Source of the DNA: an uncultured virus (IMG/VR IMGVR_UViG_3300025849_000011)
Taxonomy: Duplodnaviria; Heunggongvirae; Uroviricota; Caudoviricetes
Strand: one strand, 5' to 3'
Virus record (IMG/VR): IMGVR_UViG_3300025849_000011
DNA: 64,000 nucleotides
Part shown: in pieces, positions 51,205-61,692 of the stretch
Numbering within the stretch: position 1 is the stretch's first letter
Layout: the number at the start of each line of letters is the position of its first letter
The notes under the pieces: model-generated
Databases searched by the model: none
What the model was told of the DNA's origin: nothing
The model's input: only the letters and a program-made list of their open reading frames with translations
Position numbers and translations under genes: made by a program

Positions 51205-52410
51205 TTAGATTAAAGCGTCCTTAGTTTGCTGTATTGTTTTTCCCTTAATATCACTTATAAGAGTTGAACCTATACTATACTTTGTATTTATATAGTTAGA
51301 ATCACCTTTACAGTCACAAAACTCTTTAATTGTTCTATATCTTGGTGATGGGAAATTAATAGTATTTCCTACGCTGTCATAAGGAGCATTTGCCGCCGCT
51401 GATTGAAAACAAAAGTTTTGAACAGTAAGTGTTCCGATATTAATACTGTCTAAACTATGATCTCTAAAATGATTACTAGATGAATAATAATCTGAATCTA
51501 TAGATGATTTTATTTTTGTTAATGGTCTATTATTTACTCTTTCATGAGTAATAAGACTTGGACTAAATCCAGTTGGCCCATACATATTACCAATAGAAGC
51601 GTCATACGACAACCCCCACTCCAACATTCCAGACGAGTCATCTATGTAAAGAATTTTATCTGGATCAAACGCACCACTACTTGCTTCTATTACAACACAG
51701 TTTCCAGAAGGCACAATCGCAGTGCAACTTAAAGGAATATGTTCCATAGAAAATTTATGACTTGAATCCTCTATTGCCAGATCAGGATCAATTGTGGGTG
51801 TTGGAGTCTCCGACTTTATAGTTACTGAATTATCAGTATTAATTTCCATTTCTGCTGCAAGATGAAATCCTGCTGGATGTACAAATTTTCTATAAAAATC
51901 TTCATATTCTCCAAGTGATGTTTTTGATTTAATTAGAACCGAAAGTACTTGATAAACTCCACCATCTTGAATTACTTTTGTTGAGTGTGGCCCGATTTCA
52001 GAAGCACTATCCCCAACCATAAATAAATCTTTTTTAGGATATATAATTTCACTAGTATTATCATTATAAAATGATCTGAAAAATCCTTTCGCAGAGTACA
52101 GTGAACCTTTAACTCTAAAAAATTTTGCAAAGTTTCTTAAAACTTCTCTTGGTTCATTGAAAAATTCTTGGCCCATACCCAAAGCAAATTCTTTAAACAT
52201 ATTATCAATATATAAGAGATTAGTTGTTCCTATATCTCTAATATCATATAAGTCTTTGATAACATCATTAAACTGACCATCAGAGTCCATATAATCATAA
52301 TAGGTCTCTATAAATGTTATAAGGTTTGGATAAGAACTAGCAAAATATTCTGGCAAAATGTCTTTTACCAAACTAGATTTTATGATATGATCAATTCTAT
52401 TTTCTTTCAT
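51205..52410 (-). CDS. gp7: Baseplate wedge protein gp7-like (short form)
   Basis: F.ETYYDY, FFRVKGS....FFR, VHPAGF motifs; lies between gp6 and gp8. Confidence 0.7.
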   Translation of the reverse strand: MKENRIDHIIKSSLVKDILPEYFASSYPNLITFIETYYDYMDSDGQFNDVIKDLYDIRDIGTTNLLYIDNMFKEFALGMGQEFFNEPREVLRNFAKFFRVKGSLYSAKGFFRSFYNDNTSEIIYPKKDLFMVGDSASEIGPHSTKVIQDGGVYQVLSVLIKSKTSLGEYEDFYRKFVHPAGFHLAAEMEINTDNSVTIKSETPTPTIDPDLAIEDSSHKFSMEHIPLSCTAIVPSGNCVVIEASSGAFDPDKILYIDDSSGMLEWGLSYDASIGNMYGPTGFSPSLITHERVNNRPLTKIKSSIDSDYYSSSNHFRDHSLDSINIGTLTVQNFCFQSAAANAPYDSVGNTINFPSPRYRTIKEFCDCKGDSNYINTKYSIGSTLISDIKGKTIQQTKDALI

Positions 52411-52411
52411 T

Positions 52412-54229
52412 TTATAATACTATCTTTTGGTCTGTATTTTCTATATTTCCATAAGACCGTGATACACCCGTATCCAATGTAAGGATATAATTTCTTAAAG
52501 GGGATATGACTGCTTGATCTTGTGGGACTACTGATACTTTGATTTCTGACAAGCCACCAACAATGGATGTTGGAGCAAAGGTATTAATTGTTAGTACGCC
52601 ATTAAGATTATCATATGAACCTATGCCAGTTTCAAGAATAGTTCCAGTAGCGGGAACAAAAATTTCTATTTTATTTGAAGATAACTTATTTCTAAAAATG
52701 CAAACGCTGTTTCTATAAACAAATTGTGAAGATTGTATAGTATGTGTAGTATCGTTAAATGATGCTAACGGAATTGGAAAATTCAAAGAATATGAATTGA
52801 TGCTCCCTAAAATTGGTGAGAATCTTTGTTGAACTTTAATATCCATTTTAGAAGATAATATGGAACGATCAACACTATCAATACCTGTTAGTAATGGAGA
52901 CCTTCTAAATTTATTTTCAAATTTACCTAAATTGTTTGTAAAATATGTTGAAATATAACTATCAACTAATGTTTCTAAGGTTGATAATGTTGATGATGTT
53001 AAACCATTATTATAATAAAATTCTGTGGTTGTTTCAACATATGTGATTTGTGGTTCTACGAATACGTTGCCTATAGACATAATGGATAAATTATCAGTAA
53101 ACGATGTTTTTATTTGATTTTGTGTAGATGTTTTTATGTCATCGCTGGTTCCATCTGGAAACTTTAATGACATATAAACTTTTCCATAATCTTTTGGAAT
53201 ATTCTGTTCTCCACCCCAAACTGCTGCGTCTGTAACAGTAGGAAACTTAGATAATATCATACCTTTATAATCTAAAGGTGTAACTAATCTTTGCTGAGAA
53301 GAAAATTGTATAGGTGCAAGTTTTTTAATTGTCTCAATAGATTCTCTGTCTGTTCCAGAATGTGATGCTATTTGAGTACCAACGCTAATGTTATAACTAA
53401 CACTGTTTACCACTAAAGACCCTATCGCAGAAAATGTAGTAGAGCCGTTTGCATCTGGTCCAGAAACTACATTATATGTCACTAATATTTTTCCACCAAC
53501 AGGCGGTGCTTTTCCAAAAGACACTCCATCTCCAAAATTAAGTTCATAATGACCATTAGGAGATTCTTTTATATCGTAATATTCTGTTGTTGCTGTGACT
53601 TCAATAGCATCCTCTAAAAAAGTGTAAGTAGTGTAGAGTGATGTTGTTGGTGTATCATACACTCTAACATCAAGAGTGCTTGTATCTATATTTTCATCTG
53701 GAATGACGTATGTTTGATTTGTTGACAGAGAGTCAACTAAGAAGGTTTTTGTTTTTGTTGTGCCTTCATAAACTAATACATTTTCAAATGTATAAAGACC
53801 ACTTAGATCATTTGCTGTTACTGCTGCCCTACTAGAAAATTCGTATGATCCTGTGTCATTTGAGGCTGTGAATGATGTTCCTATAGGTAAAGTTATTGAG
53901 GACGGTCTGCCCCCAACCCCCGATAAATCTATGGATGCTGTTATTGTTGATTTTGACGCATTTTTTGATTTTGGTCTATACCCAAGACCTTCAGCATGAG
54001 ATACTACAGATGATCTTAATTGTGCAGTGTTTAGAAAAGACTCATTAGTAGCAAAGTTTGCTATCAATCCATTAAAATGTGTATTATATGCCAAAACATC
54101 TAAAATATTTGATAAGCCTGATGTTTCAAAATCATAGTCACTAAACTCAGTACTATTCGCAAGATAAGTTTTTAATGATGATTTTATTTGATCAAAATCT
54201 AATTGAGTTGATGTAATATTTGTTGCCAT
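52412..54229 (-). CDS. gp6: Baseplate wedge protein gp6
   Basis: LDFDQIKSSLK.YL...EFSDYDFE.SGLS..LDVLAYNTH, FGDG, QQRLVT..DY, WGGE. Confidence 0.92.
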   Translation of the reverse strand: MATNITSTQLDFDQIKSSLKTYLANSTEFSDYDFETSGLSNILDVLAYNTHFNGLIANFATNESFLNTAQLRSSVVSHAEGLGYRPKSKNASKSTITASIDLSGVGGRPSSITLPIGTSFTASNDTGSYEFSSRAAVTANDLSGLYTFENVLVYEGTTKTKTFLVDSLSTNQTYVIPDENIDTSTLDVRVYDTPTTSLYTTYTFLEDAIEVTATTEYYDIKESPNGHYELNFGDGVSFGKAPPVGGKILVTYNVVSGPDANGSTTFSAIGSLVVNSVSYNISVGTQIASHSGTDRESIETIKKLAPIQFSSQQRLVTPLDYKGMILSKFPTVTDAAVWGGEQNIPKDYGKVYMSLKFPDGTSDDIKTSTQNQIKTSFTDNLSIMSIGNVFVEPQITYVETTTEFYYNNGLTSSTLSTLETLVDSYISTYFTNNLGKFENKFRRSPLLTGIDSVDRSILSSKMDIKVQQRFSPILGSINSYSLNFPIPLASFNDTTHTIQSSQFVYRNSVCIFRNKLSSNKIEIFVPATGTILETGIGSYDNLNGVLTINTFAPTSIVGGLSEIKVSVVPQDQAVISPLRNYILTLDTGVSRSYGNIENTDQKIVL

Positions 54230-54670
54230 TTATCTTAACCTTGCAATATCTGTTTCTAGTGTTAATATTTCTTTATTATTGATAACTTGAAAAGTAATAA
54301 TTACTGAACAAGAATTATATTGACCTCTTATACTAGCAGATATATCTAAAACTCTTACTCTTGGTTCATAATTCTCAATCACATCTCTTATTTGATTTTC
54401 AATATCAGTTGCATTAATATCATCCGCTAAATCAAACAAGAGCCTTACAATATTTCCACCGTAAAACATATTAAATGGTTTCTCATAATGATTGGTCATA
54501 ATCAAATTTTTTACTGCTTGTTTTACAGCCGCCGCATCATTTTTTTTGAAAATATCACCGTTTTTTCTTTTAGTAAAGGATAAATCAATATCACTATAAG
54601 AAGAAGTTTTCAAAGTTATTTGAGATAGTACTCCTAAATTTTTGTCTTCCAGTGATAAGTTTTTTGCCAT
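54230..54670 (-). CDS. gp25: Baseplate wedge subunit gp25
   Basis: YSDIDLSF...AVKQAVKNL.MTN.YEKPF...YEPRV. Confidence 0.9.
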   Translation of the reverse strand: MAKNLSLEDKNLGVLSQITLKTSSYSDIDLSFTKRKNGDIFKKNDAAAVKQAVKNLIMTNHYEKPFNMFYGGNIVRLLFDLADDINATDIENQIRDVIENYEPRVRVLDISASIRGQYNSCSVIITFQVINNKEILTLETDIARLR

Positions 54671-54697
54671 CTAATTTCTCTTTGTTTTCTTTTATAG

Positions 54698-54705
54698 TAT
54701 TTATA
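54698..54705 (-). promoter_or_regulatory. T4-type late promoter (TATAAATA) upstream of gp25
   Basis: Exact consensus in the intergenic gap. Confidence 0.8.
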
Positions 54706-54715
54706 AAGTTTTCAT

Positions 54716-56833
54716 CTAACTTGAAGTGTAATCCTCACCATACGCATCAACAATATTCATTGAATCTGCTATTTTTCCAACATCTTGTTCTGGAATTTCT
54801 ACTAAATCTGTTGAACTAAGAACATTATTGTTCCATAGTGTTTCTAAATCCATTTTAAAAAATGCTTTATAGTTGGATGGTATTTTTGGAGTACTTATTG
54901 CAATTTGGGCATGATGTGACTCATTATTTGGGTCTAATTTATCATAGTATAACGACATTTTATCGTACTGAATATTATCTTTAAGATATACCGCCAAATC
55001 ATACGTCTTACTTAATGCTACTTTTCCAGTTGTAACAGAAATTAATTCATAAACTATTGCTCTACCAGTTTGTTTTAAGTCATTAATACTTTCGCTCTCT
55101 ACAACTTCTTCTGGTCCTAGTTTGTAAATACCTTCTGCGACATTTAAAGAATAACCATCAAACTGATCAAGAGTTTGATATAGATCAATAATTCTAGCAT
55201 GAGGAATAAGATTCCTTGCGATTGCTCTCCTATCCTCTAAGGCAACTATGTGTGAAATAGTTATTGGGTCACCTTCAGTTGCAGAAAATTTTGATATTGA
55301 GGTATTATTTGATAATTTTGTACTTGAGTTAATTACAGTTAGTGTTGATGGATTAAATAATGGATTTGGTATCAACTGGTGATGCTTATCTTTTTCTGCG
55401 GCCTCTGAATGTAATGTTCTAGTAATTCTAGACTCTCTTCCATGCGGCCCAATATCTTTAGAACCCGATACTGTATTTTCTTTTTTATTCACCATTCTTC
55501 CTAATTCGGTTGGTGCGGGATCACTATATGTAGGAGATAAAACTCCTTTACTCACTTGCCTTAAAATAAATTTACTGTTTTGTAAATTATTAGAGTTTTT
55601 AAGTTTTGATCTTACAGAACTTATTGTTAAATTGTTTTCAGTAATCCCACCAGTTGGAACAGATAAGTCTATTGAATTATTAATACCACCATCAGCATCA
55701 ACGCTACATTGTCTAATTCCAAATCGAGTTTCTGATAATATTCTTTTTATTTCAGAGTCTACTGGCTGTGCAGTTTCGTCTAAATTTGCTGAAAAATTTG
55801 TTTGCCTTTCAAATTTTTGATCAGATGGTTTCGCACCTCTACCAGGAGTTGCAACTCCTGCCTTATTTGCAAATTCTGCACCAGAAGCATTCCCAGCCAA
55901 ATAACCTACAAATTTTCCGTCTGCTTTGGCGTTATTGGTTATGTATAAATTTTTAGTTTGAACAGTTTCATTAACAAAAATATTCTTAGAGTAAGTTATC
56001 ATATCTTTACCACCAATGGTTCCAGCAGTACCAATACAAGTCATATTTTCGGCAATCATATTAATATTTGGAGAACTTATCGCTAAATCTGTTTCTGAGG
56101 TAAACGTCAAAGAACCTTTATGTGAATAATCACTAGAACCGTCTATAATATTTGTTAAACTACCTTTTATAGCATTTGTCACATTACCTAACAAAGTATT
56201 AGTAGATTGTTTAAGAACTGTCACTGATTTGGATTTTTTTATATATTCTCTCATCACACCACCAATAGTTTTTGTGAAGGAACCCACAATATCTAAAACT
56301 TTTTTACCACCTACATTGATATTATAGTCACCTTTTACATTTAAATTGTAATCACCAGTAACTGTCATATTCAAATTTCCAGTATACAAAACTGTACCGT
56401 CACCCTCAATCGTCATCGTGTGTTCGCCACTACAAATATCAATTCTATTACCAGTACTATTGATAATTATAGTACCATCTGGTTGTATGTCAACTCCAGC
56501 ACCACAAGCATGTTTCAAAAGTATTCTCTCTCCACCCGGCGTATCATTTACTTCAATTACGTGACCACATAAAGACTCATCAACTTGAACTTTGGAGTAA
56601 TCATAATCATGAACTGGTTGGTAACCCATACCTTTTCCAGGAATACCATTTTTAATATTTAAATTATTTGTATTTTCACCTCTAGCAGATTCATTTATAG
56701 AACTTTTTCCAGTATATTCTGCTTTTGGAAACTGATTTGAGGGATCAAGAAAACCTTTTCCAACGCCTTGATTTTCATTGGCAAATGGAAAATTCTTTTC
56801 TCTGGTTATAATATCATCTATCTCTGTTGTCAT
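54716..56833 (-). CDS. gp5: gp5 C-terminal-like spike protein (beta-helix) with long C-terminal extension (705 aa)
   Basis: ES..GHVIEVNDTPGGERI...H..G motif; 8-residue VxGDYNL repeats. Confidence 0.75.
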   Translation of the reverse strand: MTTEIDDIITREKNFPFANENQGVGKGFLDPSNQFPKAEYTGKSSINESARGENTNNLNIKNGIPGKGMGYQPVHDYDYSKVQVDESLCGHVIEVNDTPGGERILLKHACGAGVDIQPDGTIIINSTGNRIDICSGEHTMTIEGDGTVLYTGNLNMTVTGDYNLNVKGDYNINVGGKKVLDIVGSFTKTIGGVMREYIKKSKSVTVLKQSTNTLLGNVTNAIKGSLTNIIDGSSDYSHKGSLTFTSETDLAISSPNINMIAENMTCIGTAGTIGGKDMITYSKNIFVNETVQTKNLYITNNAKADGKFVGYLAGNASGAEFANKAGVATPGRGAKPSDQKFERQTNFSANLDETAQPVDSEIKRILSETRFGIRQCSVDADGGINNSIDLSVPTGGITENNLTISSVRSKLKNSNNLQNSKFILRQVSKGVLSPTYSDPAPTELGRMVNKKENTVSGSKDIGPHGRESRITRTLHSEAAEKDKHHQLIPNPLFNPSTLTVINSSTKLSNNTSISKFSATEGDPITISHIVALEDRRAIARNLIPHARIIDLYQTLDQFDGYSLNVAEGIYKLGPEEVVESESINDLKQTGRAIVYELISVTTGKVALSKTYDLAVYLKDNIQYDKMSLYYDKLDPNNESHHAQIAISTPKIPSNYKAFFKMDLETLWNNNVLSSTDLVEIPEQDVGKIADSMNIVDAYGEDYTSS

Positions 56834-56836
56834 ATT

Positions 56837-58747
56837 TTACCCTCTATTAAGTTTTGCCATGCTGCCTTGACTCCGTTCCATTTCAGCATATCTTGCTACA
56901 GTTGCTGGATCACTAATTTGAACTAGTATTCTTCTGCTTGTGCCACCCACTATATGTTCCCATATTTGATAAACATTTGTGTCAAACCCCTTTTCGTAGA
57001 ACTGGTGTCCAGTATATTCAGTGAATTTTTTTCCAATTGGATATCGGCTTGCATCTTTCCAATCTTCAGTTACATATTGAAAATCATACATTTCTGGATA
57101 GGATGCGTGTTGAGAAAATCCTTTTGATTCTGCAAGATACTGTGAACCCACAAAAGGACCATCTCGCGCATTCGCTTTAGGTTCAATAACTTCTTGAGTC
57201 TGTGGAGCAACTGCATTTGATACTGAAACATCTCTTATACCAGTTGCAATTACTGATGGACTTATAGAACTTTTTCGTCCTTCAATGCTTAGATTTCTTT
57301 TTTTAAAATGTTTAAATACGAAATTTTCCATAGATATTCCCGGATCAATTTTATTATCTGGATCAGTGTCGTTATGACCCCAGACTTGACCTCCTGAGTG
57401 AATTGAATAAAACGCCCTTAAAAAGTTTTTGAGTGAAGCCCATTGTGCGTTATTTATTGATGAACTATTTGCGAACTTATCTGGATTTTTAGTTCCACTG
57501 GCGCAATTATATCCACCAACAAGACATATACCGACACTAAAATTATTATGCCCCCCAGTTTTAGCATGTGCGCCAACTTCGTTTAATGGTCTACCCCTTT
57601 GTAATGACCCATCTCTACGAATAACATAATGATATCCTATACCAGAAAAATCTCTAGCCTTGTGCCACTGATCAATTTCTTCTGCACCGATATTTTGATT
57701 AATATATGTGGCACTCCAATGAACAACAACCTCACTGATTTCCCTTGTAGCACCTCTAAATTCTGATATTATTTCTTCATAAGAATGAATTCTTGTGAAA
57801 GTATATTTTTCATCTGGGTTTTTCCATGCTTGTTCAGTCTTAGTTGATACCCTATTACCCAAAGTTTTCTTTTGTACTGATAAACTACCAGAATTAACCA
57901 TATTTGTAATAGATGGGTCTAGCAAACCAATCGTGTCTTGTAAAATTGATATGTTATCAAGGGGGAACGCTTTTGAAATCTTTTCTGATATTAGTCGCGA
58001 CACTATATCGTTTCTTCCATCTAAAACATTTTGTAATGTTTCTAATTGTTCTGATGCATTCAATAGACCTTTAGATAATGAAGTTATTTCATTACTAATA
58101 ACAGGATTGGTATTTTCTAACAATCTATTTATAATTCCACCCTTTACATCTGCTAAATTATTATTAATTTGAGATTCAAAATCGGAAGCGGCATTTTTAA
58201 ACTTATCTTCAATTCCACCAATCCCTTGTGCGACTGTACTTAAACTACTCAACATATCAGTTACTGATGAAAGAGCATCTATAGAATTTCCAGTTAGTTC
58301 ACTTAAAGCACTAGCATTAGGTAGTTTTCCTATTACGGACTCTAAATTGGCGGCAATTGATGCTGGCGCAGGTGAAGTTATTATTTGGTTTAATTGTATT
58401 GGAGTAGAAGATAAATCCGAACTCAACCCAGTAAGAGCCTCAAGTATAACAGGCCCAGAAGGAATTTTTTGTAAATCTGAAAATCCTTCAAGTTCTGAAG
58501 TTATTTTAGCAACACCCAAATTCTCAACTAAAGAGTTTGGGTCTAAGTAATCAACCTCTTGAACTAAAGATTGAATTCCACCTACAATCTCATCAACCTT
58601 ACCCCCAAGTGGTGTAGACCTAACATTTGTTATATTTTTAGCAGAAGTTAAAATATTATCAGCAGTCGCAGATAGATCAGAAACATTTTTTAAATTACTT
58701 AACGCTTGATTTACTTGAGAAAAATCTATACTATTTGTTAATGGCAT
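56837..58747 (-). CDS. Tail-associated N-acetylmuramoyl-L-alanine amidase (Amidase_2, T7 lysozyme/AmpD-like) with a long N-terminal region
   Basis: VVVHWSAT...IGYHYVIRRDG...GAH...GICLVGG...GHND...DPG. Confidence 0.85.
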   Translation of the reverse strand: MPLTNSIDFSQVNQALSNLKNVSDLSATADNILTSAKNITNVRSTPLGGKVDEIVGGIQSLVQEVDYLDPNSLVENLGVAKITSELEGFSDLQKIPSGPVILEALTGLSSDLSSTPIQLNQIITSPAPASIAANLESVIGKLPNASALSELTGNSIDALSSVTDMLSSLSTVAQGIGGIEDKFKNAASDFESQINNNLADVKGGIINRLLENTNPVISNEITSLSKGLLNASEQLETLQNVLDGRNDIVSRLISEKISKAFPLDNISILQDTIGLLDPSITNMVNSGSLSVQKKTLGNRVSTKTEQAWKNPDEKYTFTRIHSYEEIISEFRGATREISEVVVHWSATYINQNIGAEEIDQWHKARDFSGIGYHYVIRRDGSLQRGRPLNEVGAHAKTGGHNNFSVGICLVGGYNCASGTKNPDKFANSSSINNAQWASLKNFLRAFYSIHSGGQVWGHNDTDPDNKIDPGISMENFVFKHFKKRNLSIEGRKSSISPSVIATGIRDVSVSNAVAPQTQEVIEPKANARDGPFVGSQYLAESKGFSQHASYPEMYDFQYVTEDWKDASRYPIGKKFTEYTGHQFYEKGFDTNVYQIWEHIVGGTSRRILVQISDPATVARYAEMERSQGSMAKLNRG

Positions 58748-58750
58748 CTA

Positions 58751-59629
58751 TTATTCTCCTGCTTGCGGTTCATATTCATCAACTGTTGTTATATAAGTAG
58801 CAAAAACTTCTCTTGCAAACTTAAATCTTTCTGGATGTGAACCCAACTTTGGTATTTCATATTTTCTTTCCCATACCCATGCAGAATCTTTTATAGTTTT
58901 GGCATTTTTCATTGCAGTATAAACATGCTTGTGAGTTCCCCGTAATTCCACCATAACAAATTGAAGTTGTGTATCTAAATCATCCCAAGTTAATCCATTT
59001 GTATCTGCAAAAGAATGAAGTGCTTTTGCTCTCACAGAATTCCATTGGGCGATACCTATACTATCACTACCATCTCTACCGTCACCTGCATTTCTTGCCT
59101 TAGTACTCATTTTTGGTGTAGATTCAACCATAAAATTTCCAACTATTCCTGCTGATTGTTCTGGGGAAAATCCTTGACTTAAAAAATAATGATATGATAT
59201 CTCTGGATTACTACCACCAGGTAAGTTCAACTTTTTAACTTTTCCATCATAATAGTCTTTCGGTTGATAATTTTCAATGTAACCTTCATCATAACCATGT
59301 ATCGGTGGGCTATTCCATTCAGATTCCATAGTAGGGATTGATCCTATAACAAGTGGATTTTGAGAATTAGTACCATCAGTAAAAAAACCAACTACCATTG
59401 CACCAGGCTGAAGTCTAGGCATTTTCCCTATGCCAGAAATACCACCTTCTGTTGTTGGAAGCATTACTTGCGACCAAGGAAGATCATTTAAAGGAATGTC
59501 TGTTAATCTTTCACTATGGAGACCTTGTATCCTTACTCTAACTCTTCCTAGTTTTAAAGGGTCTAAGTTATCTTCAACAATACCTACAAACCAACGCATC
59601 GTGTCACCATAAAAATCTTGTGGTTGCAT
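58751..59629 (-). CDS. gp5: gp5 N-terminal OB-fold fused to a phage tail lysozyme (Phage_lysozyme2-like); likely start MQPQDF
   Basis: WFVGIVED..DPLKLGRVRVR..GLH...LPW; GFSPEQSAGIVGNFMVES...GIAQW...QLQF...EL. Confidence 0.8.
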   Translation of the reverse strand: MQPQDFYGDTMRWFVGIVEDNLDPLKLGRVRVRIQGLHSERLTDIPLNDLPWSQVMLPTTEGGISGIGKMPRLQPGAMVVGFFTDGTNSQNPLVIGSIPTMESEWNSPPIHGYDEGYIENYQPKDYYDGKVKKLNLPGGSNPEISYHYFLSQGFSPEQSAGIVGNFMVESTPKMSTKARNAGDGRDGSDSIGIAQWNSVRAKALHSFADTNGLTWDDLDTQLQFVMVELRGTHKHVYTAMKNAKTIKDSAWVWERKYEIPKLGSHPERFKFAREVFATYITTVDEYEPQAGE

Positions 59630-59634
59630 AATAA

Positions 59635-60969
59635 TTATCCTCTTTCTGGAGTTTTTTGTGACAAGCGACTGCACCCAACTGTTGCCATATATTTCGGTCC
59701 AGAGAATACATGCCGTACTGCATGAATCATATAAGTTCCAGATTTTTTTGGGTCATGCTGAATTTCTTTTTCAAACTCCAACATTCTTGAAAAATCTAAA
59801 TTTATGGTATTACCAATGCTAACATTTTTATTTGTTTGACAGAAATTTCTTCCAGCAACTGATATATCTATAGAAGATTTATTTAATACACCTCTTAAAG
59901 ATATAGCCTTTGCTTTTAGCATATGTGCAGAAACATCATTTGCTTCACTATAATTTTTATATTCGTTTTCATATGAATTTGTTGGAGTAATTCTAGTAAT
60001 TTGCCTTGTATCATATTCTTGAATTTTTTTACTATTAAAAGTATTCGTAGTATCAATAACCAATTCTTTTTGACCTGATTTAAAAACACTACTTTTCAAG
60101 TCTTTAAGAACATCTGCCATAATATGTTTATTTTCTAATTTAGAACCTTTTACCGTATCAATGTGTGTGTATGTGCTAGACATAAAACCTAACTGACATA
60201 ACATTATAGTATTTTCGGCGTTAGACTGTGCAGTATCATTGATTATAAATGATTGTCCGTTTTCATCCAAATTATTGTTCGCAATTCCTTGATTATAAAA
60301 GTATGGTGAATCAAGTGCGTTCAATGGTTTAGATGTTAGTATAGTTTCTAGATCAACATATCTTATCTTATCATCAGCCAATGTTGAAAAAAGATAAAAT
60401 GGCATACCACTTTTTGTTACTGCGCGTCTTTGTATCCATTCACATGCACCTAATGGTGTCAAATTTGGAACAATTATTTTCATAGGACCATCATTATGAT
60501 TTTGAGATGATATATTAAACATATCTCTGTTAAGGTGTTCCTTTAAAATATTTTTTATTATAATATCTGGAGAGCCGCTGTATGATTTAGAAACTCTTAT
60601 TAATTTAGATAAAAATGAAATATCTTCTAAAACTTGTAATAAAATTACTTTGTCTTTACCATTTGTACTTAATGTGTTAATAACTTCAGTAACAATAAAA
60701 TTCTTTCTTATATTTGCAAATTCAGTTTCAATCTCTACTAATAATTTTTCTGTACCAGAAAACCCTATTCTATTCATCAAGTCATCATTATCTAGTATAG
60801 CGATTTCGCCACTAATAAATGGATTATTAATGTTTTCAAATAATTTAATTTCAATGGAAACTGCACTCAACTCAATTGAGCCTGACATTCTTTCTCCACT
60901 GATTTCACATTTTTTTAGATTATAACTGAAAGGTGATCTATTTTCTGGTTCAATACTACGAGTTTTCAT
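59635..60969 (-). CDS. Putative baseplate hub protein (444 aa)
   Basis: Position between gp53 and gp5; C-terminal SG.YMI.AVRH.F pattern; identity uncertain. Confidence 0.5.
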   Translation of the reverse strand: MKTRSIEPENRSPFSYNLKKCEISGERMSGSIELSAVSIEIKLFENINNPFISGEIAILDNDDLMNRIGFSGTEKLLVEIETEFANIRKNFIVTEVINTLSTNGKDKVILLQVLEDISFLSKLIRVSKSYSGSPDIIIKNILKEHLNRDMFNISSQNHNDGPMKIIVPNLTPLGACEWIQRRAVTKSGMPFYLFSTLADDKIRYVDLETILTSKPLNALDSPYFYNQGIANNNLDENGQSFIINDTAQSNAENTIMLCQLGFMSSTYTHIDTVKGSKLENKHIMADVLKDLKSSVFKSGQKELVIDTTNTFNSKKIQEYDTRQITRITPTNSYENEYKNYSEANDVSAHMLKAKAISLRGVLNKSSIDISVAGRNFCQTNKNVSIGNTINLDFSRMLEFEKEIQHDPKKSGTYMIHAVRHVFSGPKYMATVGCSRLSQKTPERG

Positions 60970-60972
60970 AAT

Positions 60973-61692
60973 TTAGTCCACCAATAATGATAGTTTATAA
61001 TTATCATATATCTCTAAAATATTATCTGCTTTTATGACACGTATTACTTTAGTTTCATTATTTAATTTTTGATAATAATCAAGATGTGTGACCTCAGTGT
61101 TTGAACCACCTCCGACTGTCGGATCAATATCAACTTGATCACCAGAGGCATTAGTAAAATATCTGGCTGCAAGATGTTCACTTGAATGTGATTGTAGAGT
61201 TATTGATTGAGTAGAATCTCCAGTTTTCTGAATAGTTTCGCCGTTAGTAAACGATTTAGTACCTTTTACAACAATATGACCTAAGTTCACATCTCTGTCA
61301 ATAATCTCAGCAACTGTAGTAGAAGTAACTCCTGTAATGCTATCACCTATTTGCATTTTGGTAAAAAAGTAATCTCTTGTAACCAAAGTTGTATTTGGAT
61401 GTTTTTTCTTTGACCAAGTAACCACATCATTTGACCGTATTGGAAATCCATTTCTACGAATTTTATCATTCATAAGATAAAATGTCCAGTAATATTTGGT
61501 TGATCCATATAATTTTTGTGAAAGAGTATCTGGCCTTTCGCCTTCAATAATTTCATATTTTTCATATATAGAAATATTATTTTTTAACTCATCTATAACA
61601 TCTACATATGCCGATATATTTTGAATTATGGAAGGATCAGTTTCATCCCCAAAGTTATACAACTCTATTGGAAATCTGTTAAAAAATGTCAT
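60973..61692 (-). CDS. gp53: Baseplate wedge protein gp53
   Basis: FF..FP...Y, GERPDTLSQKLYGS.KYYW, N...K.I.VI. Confidence 0.85.
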   Translation of the reverse strand: MTFFNRFPIELYNFGDETDPSIIQNISAYVDVIDELKNNISIYEKYEIIEGERPDTLSQKLYGSTKYYWTFYLMNDKIRRNGFPIRSNDVVTWSKKKHPNTTLVTRDYFFTKMQIGDSITGVTSTTVAEIIDRDVNLGHIVVKGTKSFTNGETIQKTGDSTQSITLQSHSSEHLAARYFTNASGDQVDIDPTVGGGSNTEVTHLDYYQKLNNETKVIRVIKADNILEIYDNYKLSLLVD

